The notes under the pieces: generated by a model
Database searches by the model: none
Told to the model about the DNA's origin: nothing
The model's input: only the letters and a program-made list of their open reading frames with translations
From: Candidatus Multivorans sp.
GTDB taxonomy: Bacteria; Acidobacteriota; Thermoanaerobaculia; Multivoradales; Multivoraceae
Assembly: GCA_965222875.1 (NCBI GenBank)
Contig: CBDCVC010000003.1
Span: 1,921,788 to 1,985,787, forward strand
Direction of reading: 5' to 3'
DNA: 64,000 bases
Position numbers and translations under genes: made by a program
In this document: positions 1 to 10,954 of the stretch, piece by piece
How positions within the stretch are numbered: position 1 is the first letter of the stretch
How the letters are laid out: the number at the start of each line of letters is the position of its first letter

Positions 1-2
1 CC

Positions 3-974
3 GCGTCCAAGGGGCGTGCCGCTGCAATCGGTGCCGCCGCGGTCGCCATCATCGGCGCCGTCACGATCTGGAGGTTCGGCTACTACGGCGCCCTGCTGCC
101 GAACTCGGTGGCCGCCAAGTCGGTGCTCTCCGCGGGACCGGAGGCGTTGCTGGCGAATCTCCTCGCGGGCCTCTCCTACACCGTCCGCTTCGAGATCGCG
201 CACGCGCCCCTGATCCTCGGCGCTGCGATCGCACTCGTCCTCAGGCCGACGAACCGGGCCTTGTGGTTCTCTCTGCTCGTCGTGGCGTCGGAGCTCCCGG
301 CCGTGCTCGTCAACGGCGGCGACTGGATGCCTCACTACCGGCTGCTCATGGTCTTCGTACCGGTGCTTGCGGCGCCCCTTGCCCTCTGTCTGTCGGAGAC
401 GTTCGAGAACTGGGAGCATCCGGGCCGCCAGCGACGGCGAGCGGCCTGGGTCCTCGTCGCGCTGACCGTCTGCGCCGCCTTCATGCTCAGCCGCAGTCCC
501 TGGCAGTCGTCACCCGGGCCGCGGTTCGAGTTCCACCCGATCGCGAACTGCTACCAGTTCATGGCCACGCGCCTCCGCCCCTACCTCGAGGCGGACGACA
601 TCGCCGCCTCCGAAGCGATCGGACTCTTCGGCTGGGTCCTCCAGGACACAAAGATCCACGATCCGCTCGGCCTGGTCAACACGCACCATGCGCGCCACGG
701 CGAGTACCACGGCCAGTGGGGCAAGACGGACTACACCCACCTCCACCAGGCCCGGCCGGCGGTCCTGGTCCTCCACGAGGGCTCGGTGGTCACGCCCGAG
801 AAGATCGACCGCGGCACGAACGGCGCCTTCAGCCGCGACTACTCGGCGTGGTTCGTCAGTCACCCACAGGCCTGCGCGCCGTACCGGCTGATCGTCTACA
901 TGGACAACCGCCACCTGGAGCAACTACGGCCGGCGCTCGACGGTCTGGTGATCGAGCCGCTGGGAGAAGAGTAG
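3..974 (+). CDS. Integral membrane protein, C-terminal portion (gene starts upstream of window); GT-C-like glycosyltransferase candidate
   Basis: Reading frame is open from window edge through 974. Hydrophobic segments and a YYGALLPNSVAAK motif reminiscent of GT-C membrane glycosyltransferases. Listed ORF 108..974 begins at an internal GTG. Confidence 0.45.
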   Translation, partial: ASKGRAAAIGAAAVAIIGAVTIWRFGYYGALLPNSVAAKSVLSAGPEALLANLLAGLSYTVRFEIAHAPLILGAAIALVLRPTNRALWFSLLVVASELPAVLVNGGDWMPHYRLLMVFVPVLAAPLALCLSETFENWEHPGRQRRRAAWVLVALTVCAAFMLSRSPWQSSPGPRFEFHPIANCYQFMATRLRPYLEADDIAASEAIGLFGWVLQDTKIHDPLGLVNTHHARHGEYHGQWGKTDYTHLHQARPAVLVLHEGSVVTPEKIDRGTNGAFSRDYSAWFVSHPQACAPYRLIVYMDNRHLEQLRPALDGLVIEPLGEE

Positions 975-977
975 CTC

Positions 978-1919
978 TCAGCCGGGCGGTAGCCGGCGGC
1001 GGCACCAGATCGAGCCGAAGTGGGTGTCGTAGTCCTCGACCTCGACCGGTCGGTAGCCCGGAATCGTCCGCTCAAGGAAGGCTTCGTCCGCGTGGCGGAT
1101 CATCGGCGCGGAGAGCACGACCTCGAACTCGCGGTTGAAGCTCAGAAAGGCCTGCAGGACCATCGCCTCCGTGCGGTAGAACGGCCACTTGGCGCGGAAG
1201 ATGTACTGCTCGGCCGGATACGGCGTGTTGTACGGGAAGTGGATGTCGTGAACGTGGACCACGACGCCGGGCCGCAGCCGCGGCAGCACCTCAAGAAACA
1301 GGAACGCGACATCGCCCCCCAGCTTGAGCACGTGGGTCGAGTCGATGAACAGCACGTCACCGGCGTCGAGCTCGGCGAAGACTCCTACGTCCGTCGCCTC
1401 GACCTTCGAAACCACGGCCTTCACGGCCGGCTCTTCCAGGTCCCGCAAGCGGCCGGTCGGAAACGGGTCGATGCAGGTCATGTCGCAGGGGCTGCCCTCC
1501 CGTCCGTTCGCCGCCGCCGCCAGCCACGCGTAGTAGGTCGAGAGTCCCGAGCCGATCTCGATGTACCGGGCAGGCCGCAGGTCACGCACCATGAGGTACG
1601 TGGTCAAGGCATCAATCACCGGGAAACCGGGCCCGTAACCCAGTGCCCGGATCTCACTGTGCGGCGGCAACGCCTCGAACTCGCCGCCATGAACCTCGAT
1701 CAGCGCCGAGAGCAGCGCCTTCATCGCCTTCAGGTCGTACCGTACCCCGACCAGCTCACTCGGCCGGTCCCACAACTCCCGAGTCGCCGCCACCTCCAAC
1801 AAGACCGGCAACGGCGAGTAGAAGTCGGCGGTCCGGGCCACGTTCCACCCCAGCCGGCGTAGAGCGGCAAACACCCCCGCATGGACGCGCCGATAGATCG
1901 TTCTGGCTACCTTGACCAT
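978..1919 (-). CDS. Class I SAM-dependent methyltransferase
   Basis: 313-aa ORF with a glycine-rich SAM-binding motif (IEIGSGLSTYY) followed by an acidic residue ~20 aa later. Typical fold I methyltransferase layout. Confidence 0.7.
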   Translation of the reverse strand: MVKVARTIYRRVHAGVFAALRRLGWNVARTADFYSPLPVLLEVAATRELWDRPSELVGVRYDLKAMKALLSALIEVHGGEFEALPPHSEIRALGYGPGFPVIDALTTYLMVRDLRPARYIEIGSGLSTYYAWLAAAANGREGSPCDMTCIDPFPTGRLRDLEEPAVKAVVSKVEATDVGVFAELDAGDVLFIDSTHVLKLGGDVAFLFLEVLPRLRPGVVVHVHDIHFPYNTPYPAEQYIFRAKWPFYRTEAMVLQAFLSFNREFEVVLSAPMIRHADEAFLERTIPGYRPVEVEDYDTHFGSIWCRRRLPPG

Positions 1920-2110
1920 CCCGGGGCCGACGATAACCTGACCCCGACGACGAAGGTGCGTCCCGGCCTGACGAAGCCGGGACCTCGAAGTAGACCTCGT
2001 CGAGGAGGTTTTCGATCCGCACGAATTGAAGAATCAGGCTGCGAGCGGGCATCGTAGCAGCGAGACCGCCGTCATCGAACCCGGACTGTGGCAGCGCCAT
2101 ACGACCTACA

Positions 2111-5100
2111 ATGACGTCCATGCGACACGCCACGGATTCCGGCGCACCCCGCCGCGGGCAGCAACTGTCGCTGCTCCTGGATCGGCCCGAGTCTCCAGTT
2201 CGCATCCACGCCTCGACCCGCCTCGAAACCCTCGCGGTCCGGCTCGCCGACCACATGGAGCGGCAACCCGCCGAGCCGCTCGAACCGGAACGAATCGTCG
2301 TCCCGGACCCCCTGATGGGCCAGTGGCTGCGGCTCGAGGTGGCGTCCCATCTCGGCGTCGCTGCCCACCTGCGAATCGAACGGCCAGCCGAGTTCGCCTG
2401 GGCCGCGATGCGCGAGCAGGTGGACGGACTCGCCGGTGAATCGGTCTACGGGCCGCCCCATCTCCGCTGGAGAATCTTCGACCATCTGAAGAACTGGAGC
2501 GGGGACGACGAGATCGCCCGCTACCTTGAGGACGGTGGCGCGCGCAAGCGTTTCGAGCTCGCTGACCGGCTCGCCGCCGCCTACGACCGGTGCCGCGTGT
2601 ATCGCCCGGACAGCATTCGCGCATGGCAGCAAGGCGGACCGCAAGACTGGCATGCGCGGCTGTGGGCAGACCTCGCGGCGGGCGAGACTGAGCAGCGGCA
2701 TTGGGTCGACGCCATCGACCGCTATCGCGACGCCCTGGCCGAACGGACAGCGACGGCGCCGCGCAAGAGGGTGAGCTTCTTCCACGTCGCCTCGATGTCG
2801 CCCACCTACGTCGAAATGCTGGCGCTGGCCGCCGGGGTGATGGATGTCCACCTGTACCTGCTCAGCCCCTCGCGCCGGTTCTGGGACGCGCAGCCCAGGC
2901 GCGACGACCGGGGCTACTACCAGGAGCACGACGATCTGCTCAGCGCCTGGGGCCGCCCGGCCCGCGACCTCCAGGTGCTGCTGGAGGCGGAGCTGGACGC
3001 CACCGCGGTCGTGGATCTTCCAGCCGCCGCAGACTCGCCGCGCGCCGCCACCTGTCTGGCCGCCCTGCAGCGCGACATCCTTGGCGTGCGCACCGACGGC
3101 GAACCACTCGAACGCGAACCGAAACGTCCGGATGAGTCGATCCAGGTCCACGTCTGCCACTCCCCCACGCGTGAAGTCGAGGTCCTGCACGACCGGCTGC
3201 TCGGCATCTTCGACGACCACGCCGACATCCAGCCCTCGGACGTGCTCGTCGTCACGCCGGACCTCAACACCTACGCGCCCCTGATCGAAGCGGTGTTCGG
3301 ATCGGCGGAGCAGATCGGCTTCAGCATCGGAAGACAGCGCCTGAAGGAAGGCGCCGCTCTGACCGCCTTCCTCGACCTCCTGGAACTGCCCGGATCGCGC
3401 TACGCGGCCAGCGACGTGCTGGCGCCACTGCTCGCGTCGTCGGTCCGCGGTTGCTTCGGCATCGACGATGCCGACCTGGCAGCGATTCGAGACGCGGTCG
3501 CCCGGGCCAGGGTCCGCTGGGGCCTCGACGAGGACCACCGCACCGAACTCGGCGTGCCGGCTTCCGAGAACCACAACTGGCGCCGCGGGCTGAATCGCCT
3601 GGTCCTCGGGTACGCGATGCAGGAAGGCGATGTGCTGATCGACGGCATCACGCCCTGCGCCCTCGACGGGCGGGGCTTCCGCACCGGCGCCAACGACTAC
3701 GAACTGTTGGGCCGGTTTCAGCGCTACTGCGAACTCGCGTTCGCGCTGAACGGCTGGGTCGAAGCCGAGTACACCTCGGACGGGTGGACCAGGCGCCTCC
3801 GGGCCGAAGTACTCGACGTGTTCTTCACCCGGGACCCGCGGCACGGAGTCGAGACCCTCCGGGAGGTCGACACCGTGGCCAGGCTCATCGACGAGTTCGA
3901 CGACCAGTGCACACGGGCGGGAGCCGCCCGGCCGATCCCTTTCACGGTGCTGCGGGACGTCCTGAAGGGACTCGCCGAAGAGGCGGTTCGCTCGGCGCCG
4001 CGACTGGCCGACGGGGTCGCGGTCGCCGACCTCGCTTCCGGCCAGATCTTTCCGGTCAAGGTGATCTGCGCGGTTGGCATGAACGACGGTTCCTTCCCCC
4101 GCCGCCCGCCGCCCGCGGCTTTCGACTTCCAGGTCAACCTCTTCGACGGCGAGGCCCGCAGGCCCGGCGACCGCGATCGCCGTGACGAGGACCGCTCAGC
4201 CTTCCTCGAGGCTCTGCTCGCGGCGCGGCAGTGCTTCGTGTTGACGTACACCGGCCGGGATCTCCAGGAAGACAAGCCCATTCCGCCGTCCATCGTCGTC
4301 AGCGAACTGACGCAGCGCCTCAAGCAGCGCTTCCCGGCGTTCAGAGAGGAACACTGGGCGCAACAACATCCCCTCCAACCGTTCAGCCCCCGCTACTTCC
4401 GGGACGACGATCGGGATCGGCCCGCGCTATTCAGCTACTCGCCGCCGATGGCCGCGGCGGCAACCACCATGGGAACGAGCCGCGAGGTCCCCGAGCGCTT
4501 CGAGGGCGAGGTGGCCACGAGCGGCCGGCAGGGGTTGGCCGAGGAACTCGAGCTGGAGGACCTCATCCGGTTCGCAGTCAGTCCGTCGAAGTACTTCGTC
4601 CGCAACCGGCTGGACATGGTCCTCGACACACGGGACGAGGACGTGGAGGACGACGAGCCCCTCGGCCTGAATGCGCTCGAGATCTGGCAACTGAAGAGCG
4701 ACCTGGCGGGGTTCGGCGACCTGGATGGAGACCGGACGCTCGAGCACGCCGCGGCCCGCGGCCTGCTGCCGCCAAGGAATCTCGGGCTTGTTCAGCACCG
4801 CGAGTCGGCCGCTCAGGTCAGGGGTCTCCTGGAAGCCCTGCATCCGTTTCAGGAGCACAGCAGTTCCCGACTCCAGCAAGTGGATGTCCTGTTCGCGGAG
4901 ACGCGCCTGGTCGGCGGGGTCGACCGGTTCCATGAAATGAAGAACGAGCTCCTGTGGTGGCGGATCGGCCGGATCCGGGCCAAGGACCAGATCGAAGTCT
5001 GGCTGCGGCTGCTGGCGCTCATCTGCGACCGCGAACAAACAGCCACGGCTCACCTGTTCGGCGTCAAGACGGAAGTCGAGAAGGTCACACTCACCGGCCC

Positions 5101-5371
5101 CGACGCGGCGGATGCCCGGCCGATGCTCAGCGACTGGATCGATCTCTGGCGGAACGGCCGGCGCAGGCCGCTGCCGTTCTTCGCCTCGACTTCCTGGGAG
5201 TGGATCGCCAGAAAGGAGTCGAGCGACGCCGCCCGCAAGAAGTGGAATAGCGACTTCGGTGACGGGAATGACTCCTGCCACCACCTGGTCTTCGGCGCCG
5301 ACCCCTGCAACGACGAGTTCGAGGCCCTCGCCCAGCGCCTGCTCGGCCCGCTGAAGGAGGCGAGTTCGTGA
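2111..5371 (+). CDS. recC: Exodeoxyribonuclease V gamma subunit RecC
   Basis: 1086-aa protein, RecC-like along its length. 4-bp overlap with the downstream recB start (GTGA), i.e. translational coupling. Confidence 0.88.
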   Translation: MTSMRHATDSGAPRRGQQLSLLLDRPESPVRIHASTRLETLAVRLADHMERQPAEPLEPERIVVPDPLMGQWLRLEVASHLGVAAHLRIERPAEFAWAAMREQVDGLAGESVYGPPHLRWRIFDHLKNWSGDDEIARYLEDGGARKRFELADRLAAAYDRCRVYRPDSIRAWQQGGPQDWHARLWADLAAGETEQRHWVDAIDRYRDALAERTATAPRKRVSFFHVASMSPTYVEMLALAAGVMDVHLYLLSPSRRFWDAQPRRDDRGYYQEHDDLLSAWGRPARDLQVLLEAELDATAVVDLPAAADSPRAATCLAALQRDILGVRTDGEPLEREPKRPDESIQVHVCHSPTREVEVLHDRLLGIFDDHADIQPSDVLVVTPDLNTYAPLIEAVFGSAEQIGFSIGRQRLKEGAALTAFLDLLELPGSRYAASDVLAPLLASSVRGCFGIDDADLAAIRDAVARARVRWGLDEDHRTELGVPASENHNWRRGLNRLVLGYAMQEGDVLIDGITPCALDGRGFRTGANDYELLGRFQRYCELAFALNGWVEAEYTSDGWTRRLRAEVLDVFFTRDPRHGVETLREVDTVARLIDEFDDQCTRAGAARPIPFTVLRDVLKGLAEEAVRSAPRLADGVAVADLASGQIFPVKVICAVGMNDGSFPRRPPPAAFDFQVNLFDGEARRPGDRDRRDEDRSAFLEALLAARQCFVLTYTGRDLQEDKPIPPSIVVSELTQRLKQRFPAFREEHWAQQHPLQPFSPRYFRDDDRDRPALFSYSPPMAAAATTMGTSREVPERFEGEVATSGRQGLAEELELEDLIRFAVSPSKYFVRNRLDMVLDTRDEDVEDDEPLGLNALEIWQLKSDLAGFGDLDGDRTLEHAAARGLLPPRNLGLVQHRESAAQVRGLLEALHPFQEHSSSRLQQVDVLFAETRLVGGVDRFHEMKNELLWWRIGRIRAKDQIEVWLRLLALICDREQTATAHLFGVKTEVEKVTLTGPDAADARPMLSDWIDLWRNGRRRPLPFFASTSWEWIARKESSDAARKKWNSDFGDGNDSCHHLVFGADPCNDEFEALAQRLLGPLKEASS

Positions 5372-8300
5372 CGGCCCAGGCCGCGGGCAACGATCCCCTC
5401 ACCAGATCACTCGACGGCGATCTGATCATCGAAGCCAGCGCGGGCACGGGCAAGACCTACACCCTGACCACACTGGTCGCCCGCCTGATCGTCGAAGCGG
5501 ACCGGAGCATCGACGAACTCCTGATCGTCACGTTCACGATCTCAGCCGCCGGCGAACTCCGGGAGCGGGTCTGGCGCACCTTGCAGGCGGCACGACGAAC
5601 TCTCGCCGAGCCAGACGCCCGAGTCGACGATCAGGCCCGCGAGCTGGCACGGCGCTGGCGGAGCGTCAACATTCGAGGCGCCGACGCGGCGAAACGGCTG
5701 ACCAGCGCCATTCGCGACTTCGACCGGGCCAACATCACGACCATCCACGGCTTCTGCCAGCGCGCGCTGTCCGAGTTCGCCCTCCATGCTGGCATCCCGT
5801 TCCGCTTCCAGGTCAGCGGCGATGACGCGCTGGCGGTCGCCGCGGCGACGCAGGACTTCTGGCGCCGGAAGATGGCGCCCGCGGAGATTCCGTTCCTCGA
5901 GTACGCAGAGGGCCACAACTTCGTTCCGAAGAAAGGACTCCCCTGGGGCGAGGACGCAACCACGTGGGTCGTCCGCTGCCACGCCAAGCAAAGCGACATC
6001 CGCGGCGCCGCCGACCCCGAGGAGGTCCAGCAGGCGCAGCAATCAGGTCGCGATCCCTGGCGCCAGGCGTTCCAGGCAGCACGTGCGGCGTGGAACGACG
6101 ACAGCCAGCGTCAGATCTTCCTTGAAGCGCTGGCCACACACAGGTGGAACAAGAACGAGAACGACGACCGACTCAACGAAGTCACCGCCGCATTCCGCGC
6201 CAACGATCCGGCGTTGCTTGCCCGGGAACACGCCGGCTACTTCGGCCGCGAATCGCTGACCGGCAAACTGAGGAAGACAACGCCTCGGCAGCAACTTCCG
6301 GCCATACTCCTCTACGACGCCTTCGACCGTCTGGGAAAGGCAGCAACGGAACTTCCGCAACTCTGGCTCGCCGGCCAGCGCAGCCTGCTTCTGGAGAACG
6401 TCCGGACGACTCTGCACCACGACGCCTGGGCGGACCGGCGCCTGAGCTTCAACGCCCTCCTGACCGAGTTGCACCGCGCGCTCGATGGCCAGTTCGGCAC
6501 GCCTCTGGCGGAGCGGATCCGCGCCCGATACCCGGTCGCCCTGATCGACGAGTTCCAGGATACGGATCGCCTGCAGGCCGACATCTTCGAGAAGATCTAC
6601 CCCGGCGGCGGCGCGCCGAACGGCAGCCTGCTCGTCGTCGGCGACCCCAAACAGTCCATCTACCGCTTCCGCGGCGCCGATGTCTTCGCCTACTTCGACG
6701 CCAAGAAACGCCTCTCGGGCACGAACCGCGAGTTGAAGCTCGAGAAGAACTACCGCTCGACACCCGGACTCGTCCGTGCCGTGAACGCCCTGTTCGAAAG
6801 ACCCAGGCCATTCGTCCTCCCTGATCCGGGGTTCCACTTCGAGGCAGCCGCCGCGGCCGGCTCCAACCGCGGTGAACTCGTCGTACCCGACCAGGACCAC
6901 GATGCCCGGCCCTTCGAGATCCAGTTGGTTCGAAGGGCAGATGGCAAGAAGTGGACGAAGGGGCAACTGAGACCAGCGACGGCCGAGCACACCGCCGGCG
7001 AGATCGCGCGCTTGCTGGCGCCGACGCGGAACGGAGGGGCTGCTGCGATCGTCTCAGAAGCTGGCAAGGCGCCCATCACCGACGGCGACATCGCCGTGCT
7101 CGTCCGCACGGGCGAGCAGGGCAGGGCAGTCGCCCAAGCGCTGCTGGGCTACGGCATCGACAGCATCGAGATGGGCGTCGACAACGTCTTCGACTCCCAC
7201 GAGGCTGCAGCCCTCTACCGGCTCCTGTACGCCCTGTGCACGGCCGAATCGGAGTACAACGCAACACCGCTGCTCCGCGGCGCGCTGGCGGCAGACCTGT
7301 TTGGCCTGAACTTGCAGGACCTCGCCAGCCTCCGGGACGAGGACGCCTTTTGGACAGACTGGCGCGACCAGGCTCGCGGCTCGCGCGGCTGGGCCCAGGT
7401 CTGGAAAGAGCAGGGCATCGCGGCTCTGATCCGGTACATCCTCTTCGCCAAGGAGTCCGACTGCGCCGCGAACCTTCTGGGCTACCCCGACGGCCCGCGC
7501 CGTCTGACGAACTACCTGCACCTCGCTGACCTGCTGCACGAGGCCGAGACCCGGCGCCGGCCGTCGCGCCACGGGCTCGTCGACTGGTTCAGGCGGTCGC
7601 GGGCCGAACCCAGCGGCGGCGACGAGACGTCACAGCTTCGTCTGGAGAGTGACGAGAGTCTGGTCAAGATCGTGACCGTCCATCGGGCCAAGGGGCTGGA
7701 GTTCCCTATTGTGTTCTGTCCTTTCACCTGGGACGGGCGCCAACCGAAGCCCCCCGAGATTGCCGAGTACTTCGACGCCGCGGAAGGAACGCCCGTACTC
7801 CATCTGCGCCCGTCGGACGACCATCGCGACCGCCAGCGCCTCGAAGAACACGCGGACGAGTTGCGCCTTCTCTACGTGGCATTGACCCGGGCGAAGTACC
7901 GCTGCGTGATGGGTTGGGCACGGGCGACAGCCGCCCAGCACGCACCGCTGGCCTGGCTCCTGCATCGTGGTGGCGGCGACGCCGGCGGCGATCAGAGCCC
8001 GATCGACGCGCTGAAGGAGAACGCCGAGAGGGTGGCCAAACTCGGCGCGGAGGAGTGGCGAGCGGACGTTCACCGCCTCGCCGGCAAGGCGCCGGACGCC
8101 ATCTCGGTCCGGGAGATCGACCTCGCTCTGCCCGACACCGCGGAACCGCTCCGCGGCGCCGAGCCCGAAGCCGGCGACAAACCCCTCCAGGCCCGCCAAC
8201 TCGGCCGCCAACTCGCCTCCATCCGCCAGCGCACCAGCTACTCCGCGCTGTCGACCAGCACCGGCGCCGCACAGTCCGAGATCGAGCATGAAGAAGCCGA

Positions 8301-9093
8301 ACGGCCCGATCACGACCCGGACGAACCGGACGCTTTCGCCGAGATCGCGGCCGCGGAGCGGCTGGCCGATGAGGACGAATTGACCGTCTTCACCTTCCCC
8401 AGCGGCAATCGACCCGGCAAGTGCCTGCACCAGATCTTCGAGAAGCGGCTGCAATCGGACCACGATCTCGTTTCGATCTGCCGGGACGCGCTGGCCAGGT
8501 ACGGCATCGACTCGAAGTGGGCGCCGGTCGTCCGCACGCTCATCCAAGACACGCTCGACACGCCGCTCACACAACCCGGCGAGGCGGGAGGCGTCTTCCG
8601 CGTCGCCGACCTTGAGCGACCGATCCCCGAGATGGAGTTTCACTTGCCGGTCCAGGGGCTCCAACAAGCGGAGCTCGCTGAACGCCTGCGTGAGCACGGC
8701 TACGGCCACTCGCTGCCCCACAGCCAGACCGCGATCAACGGCTTTCTGCACGGCTACATCGATGTCGTGGCCCGGAACGATCACCTCTGGTACGTCATGG
8801 ACTACAAGTCGAACTGGCTGGGACGCGACCTGTCCATGTACTCGGCCCAGGGTCTGGCGCAGGCCATGCGCCACCACGGCTACCACCTCCAATACCTTCT
8901 CTACCTCACGGCACTGCACCGCCTGCTGCGGCTGCGCCTGCCCGGGTACGACTACGACCGCCACATCGGCGGCGCGTTCTACCTCTTCGTGCGCGGCATG
9001 AGACCGAACGCGCCCGGTAGCGGCGTGTTCCACAACCGCCCATCCCGCGCCTGCATCGAGGCCATCGACGCCTGCCTCGGGGACCCGCGATGA
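5368..9093 (+). CDS. recB: Exodeoxyribonuclease V beta subunit RecB (UvrD-like helicase plus C-terminal PD-(D/E)xK nuclease)
   Basis: 1241 aa. N-terminal Walker A (ASAGTGKTYTL), UvrD/Rep helicase motifs and a C-terminal nuclease region. Sits between recC and recD with overlapping stop/start codons. Confidence 0.9.
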   Translation: MTAQAAGNDPLTRSLDGDLIIEASAGTGKTYTLTTLVARLIVEADRSIDELLIVTFTISAAGELRERVWRTLQAARRTLAEPDARVDDQARELARRWRSVNIRGADAAKRLTSAIRDFDRANITTIHGFCQRALSEFALHAGIPFRFQVSGDDALAVAAATQDFWRRKMAPAEIPFLEYAEGHNFVPKKGLPWGEDATTWVVRCHAKQSDIRGAADPEEVQQAQQSGRDPWRQAFQAARAAWNDDSQRQIFLEALATHRWNKNENDDRLNEVTAAFRANDPALLAREHAGYFGRESLTGKLRKTTPRQQLPAILLYDAFDRLGKAATELPQLWLAGQRSLLLENVRTTLHHDAWADRRLSFNALLTELHRALDGQFGTPLAERIRARYPVALIDEFQDTDRLQADIFEKIYPGGGAPNGSLLVVGDPKQSIYRFRGADVFAYFDAKKRLSGTNRELKLEKNYRSTPGLVRAVNALFERPRPFVLPDPGFHFEAAAAAGSNRGELVVPDQDHDARPFEIQLVRRADGKKWTKGQLRPATAEHTAGEIARLLAPTRNGGAAAIVSEAGKAPITDGDIAVLVRTGEQGRAVAQALLGYGIDSIEMGVDNVFDSHEAAALYRLLYALCTAESEYNATPLLRGALAADLFGLNLQDLASLRDEDAFWTDWRDQARGSRGWAQVWKEQGIAALIRYILFAKESDCAANLLGYPDGPRRLTNYLHLADLLHEAETRRRPSRHGLVDWFRRSRAEPSGGDETSQLRLESDESLVKIVTVHRAKGLEFPIVFCPFTWDGRQPKPPEIAEYFDAAEGTPVLHLRPSDDHRDRQRLEEHADELRLLYVALTRAKYRCVMGWARATAAQHAPLAWLLHRGGGDAGGDQSPIDALKENAERVAKLGAEEWRADVHRLAGKAPDAISVREIDLALPDTAEPLRGAEPEAGDKPLQARQLGRQLASIRQRTSYSALSTSTGAAQSEIEHEEAERPDHDPDEPDAFAEIAAAERLADEDELTVFTFPSGNRPGKCLHQIFEKRLQSDHDLVSICRDALARYGIDSKWAPVVRTLIQDTLDTPLTQPGEAGGVFRVADLERPIPEMEFHLPVQGLQQAELAERLREHGYGHSLPHSQTAINGFLHGYIDVVARNDHLWYVMDYKSNWLGRDLSMYSAQGLAQAMRHHGYHLQYLLYLTALHRLLRLRLPGYDYDRHIGGAFYLFVRGMRPNAPGSGVFHNRPSRACIEAIDACLGDPR

Positions 9094-10934
9094 ACGATCC
9101 AACGCGACTCGAGGCGTTGACCGAGCACGGCGTCCTGGCAGACATCGACCGCTACTTCGCTCTGCTGATGACGAAGCTCGGGGCCGCCGGAGATGTCGCC
9201 CTGGCAGCCGCGACCGCCAGCGCGATGCATCGCGCCGGACACACCTGCCTCGAACTCCGCAATCGCGGCGAGCGAATCGCCGACTTGGTGGAGCGGTCGG
9301 ACTCGGGCCCCAGCGCTCCGTTGCCCGACGAACTGGCGGAACTCCGTCTGCCGGACCGCGCGGTTCTGCGCGAAGCCCTCACCCTGAGTCCGGTCGTCGC
9401 CGCCGGTGAGGCGACCGAAGAGGTCCTGCCCCTGGTTCTCGATCGCGACCGCCTCTACCTGCACCGGTTGTTCGCCGCCGAAGGCCGGCTCGCCGAGCGC
9501 ATGCTCGCACTGGCGCGGCAGAACTCCCAGAAACCGGCGCTTCGCGCCGGATGCGGGCCAGAAGGCCCGCGCACCCAGTTTCCGCCGCGCAAGCTCCTGG
9601 CCAGAAGCCACGATTCGGACGCGACCACGGAGCACGTGACCGAGCGCGTGTTCGCCGAAGACGAGGATCGAACGGAGGAAGCCACGGCCGCCATCCGGGC
9701 CGCCCTCGGGCGACGGCTGTGCATCGTCACCGGAGGCCCCGGCACCGGCAAGACGACGCTCGCGGCCAAGCTGATCGCGGTTCTCGTCGCGGGCGGCGCC
9801 GCTGAGCCGCGTCGGATCGGACTGGCGGCGCCCACGGGAAAGGCAGCCTCTCGGCTCCAGGAATCCGTGCGCGGAAAGATGGACGAGAAGCCCCTGAACC
9901 AGGTGCGCCACCTGCGGGACTTTCCGGTCGAGGCACGGACGATCCACCGCCTTCTCGCGGATCGGAGCAGGCCGCTGGCGCGGCTTCAGGCCCTGGTTGT
10001 CGACGAATGCTCCATGGCCGACCTGTCGCTGATGGTCCGCCTCGTGACCGCCCTGCCCGAAGAGTGCCGGCTGATTCTGCTCGGCGACGCGAACCAGTTG
10101 TCCTCGGTGGAACCGGGCTCCGTGTTCAGCGATCTCTGCAAGGCCGGCAGCGACGGACCGCTCGCCCCGTGCGTCACCACTCTCACGAGGAACTACCGGT
10201 TCAGGGCCGACTCCGGGATCGGCCGACTCGCGACGGCCGTCGTTGCGGGCGATGCCGGCGGCGCCCTGCGCGTGCTCCGTGACGCGCTCGACGACAAGAC
10301 CGAACTGCGACCGCTCGAAACCGAAGCCGCGTTCGACGACTTCGCCCGCACAAGCGCCGCGGAATGGTCCGAGCACATGGCGGCACTCGAAGCGCACCCC
10401 GAGAGAACTCCTCCGTTCCCGGCCCACCGCGTCCTGTGCAGCCACCGTAGCGGCCCGTTCGGAATCGCCCGCTTCAACCGGCTCGTCGAGCGCCGCCTCG
10501 CCGAACTGGGACGTCGCAGCGCGGACGACGAGTTCTACGTCGGTCGACCGATCATCGTCAGCCGCAACGACCGGCAGACAGGGCTCTCCAACGGCGACAC
10601 CGGCGTGGTATTGCCCGACGGAGAAGGTGGACGCACGGTCTGGTTCCCCGACCTCGACCGCGACCAGGAGCGCTGCCTGGTCACACCGTCGCGCCTGCCT
10701 CAGCACGAGAGCTTCTTCGCCCTTACCGTCCACCGTGCCCAGGGCTCGGAGTACGACGAAGTCGTCTTCATCCCCGGCGACGCCGCCTCCCGCGTCAACA
10801 CGAAGGAACTCTTCTACACCGCGGTCACGCGGGCGCGAAAGAAGGTCACCGTGCTGGCAACCGAGCCCGCCGTCAGGGCGGCCGTGATGCGGACGACTTC
10901 CCGGGCGACCGGGCTGCTGGATCGGCTCCGCTAG
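9090..10934 (+). CDS. recD: Exodeoxyribonuclease V alpha subunit RecD
   Basis: 614 aa. Walker A (GGPGTGKTT) and SF1 helicase motifs. Overlaps the recB stop by 4 bp (ATGA). Confidence 0.88.
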   Translation: MNDPTRLEALTEHGVLADIDRYFALLMTKLGAAGDVALAAATASAMHRAGHTCLELRNRGERIADLVERSDSGPSAPLPDELAELRLPDRAVLREALTLSPVVAAGEATEEVLPLVLDRDRLYLHRLFAAEGRLAERMLALARQNSQKPALRAGCGPEGPRTQFPPRKLLARSHDSDATTEHVTERVFAEDEDRTEEATAAIRAALGRRLCIVTGGPGTGKTTLAAKLIAVLVAGGAAEPRRIGLAAPTGKAASRLQESVRGKMDEKPLNQVRHLRDFPVEARTIHRLLADRSRPLARLQALVVDECSMADLSLMVRLVTALPEECRLILLGDANQLSSVEPGSVFSDLCKAGSDGPLAPCVTTLTRNYRFRADSGIGRLATAVVAGDAGGALRVLRDALDDKTELRPLETEAAFDDFARTSAAEWSEHMAALEAHPERTPPFPAHRVLCSHRSGPFGIARFNRLVERRLAELGRRSADDEFYVGRPIIVSRNDRQTGLSNGDTGVVLPDGEGGRTVWFPDLDRDQERCLVTPSRLPQHESFFALTVHRAQGSEYDEVVFIPGDAASRVNTKELFYTAVTRARKKVTVLATEPAVRAAVMRTTSRATGLLDRLR

Positions 10935-10954
10935 CCGGCGCCGGTCGACCGGCG

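Noticed and set aside
1020-1862. 280-aa ORF opposite the methyltransferase
   Set aside because: Antisense to a gene with a clear SAM-binding motif. Arg-rich composition.
2072-3844. 590-aa ORF antisense to recC; similar long antisense ORFs at 7630-9102 (recB), 42537-44504 (soxA), 25525..25773 region, 37084-38607
   Set aside because: They are antisense to genes with strong homology. There are no stop codons by chance in GC-rich sequence. They were not reported as genes.
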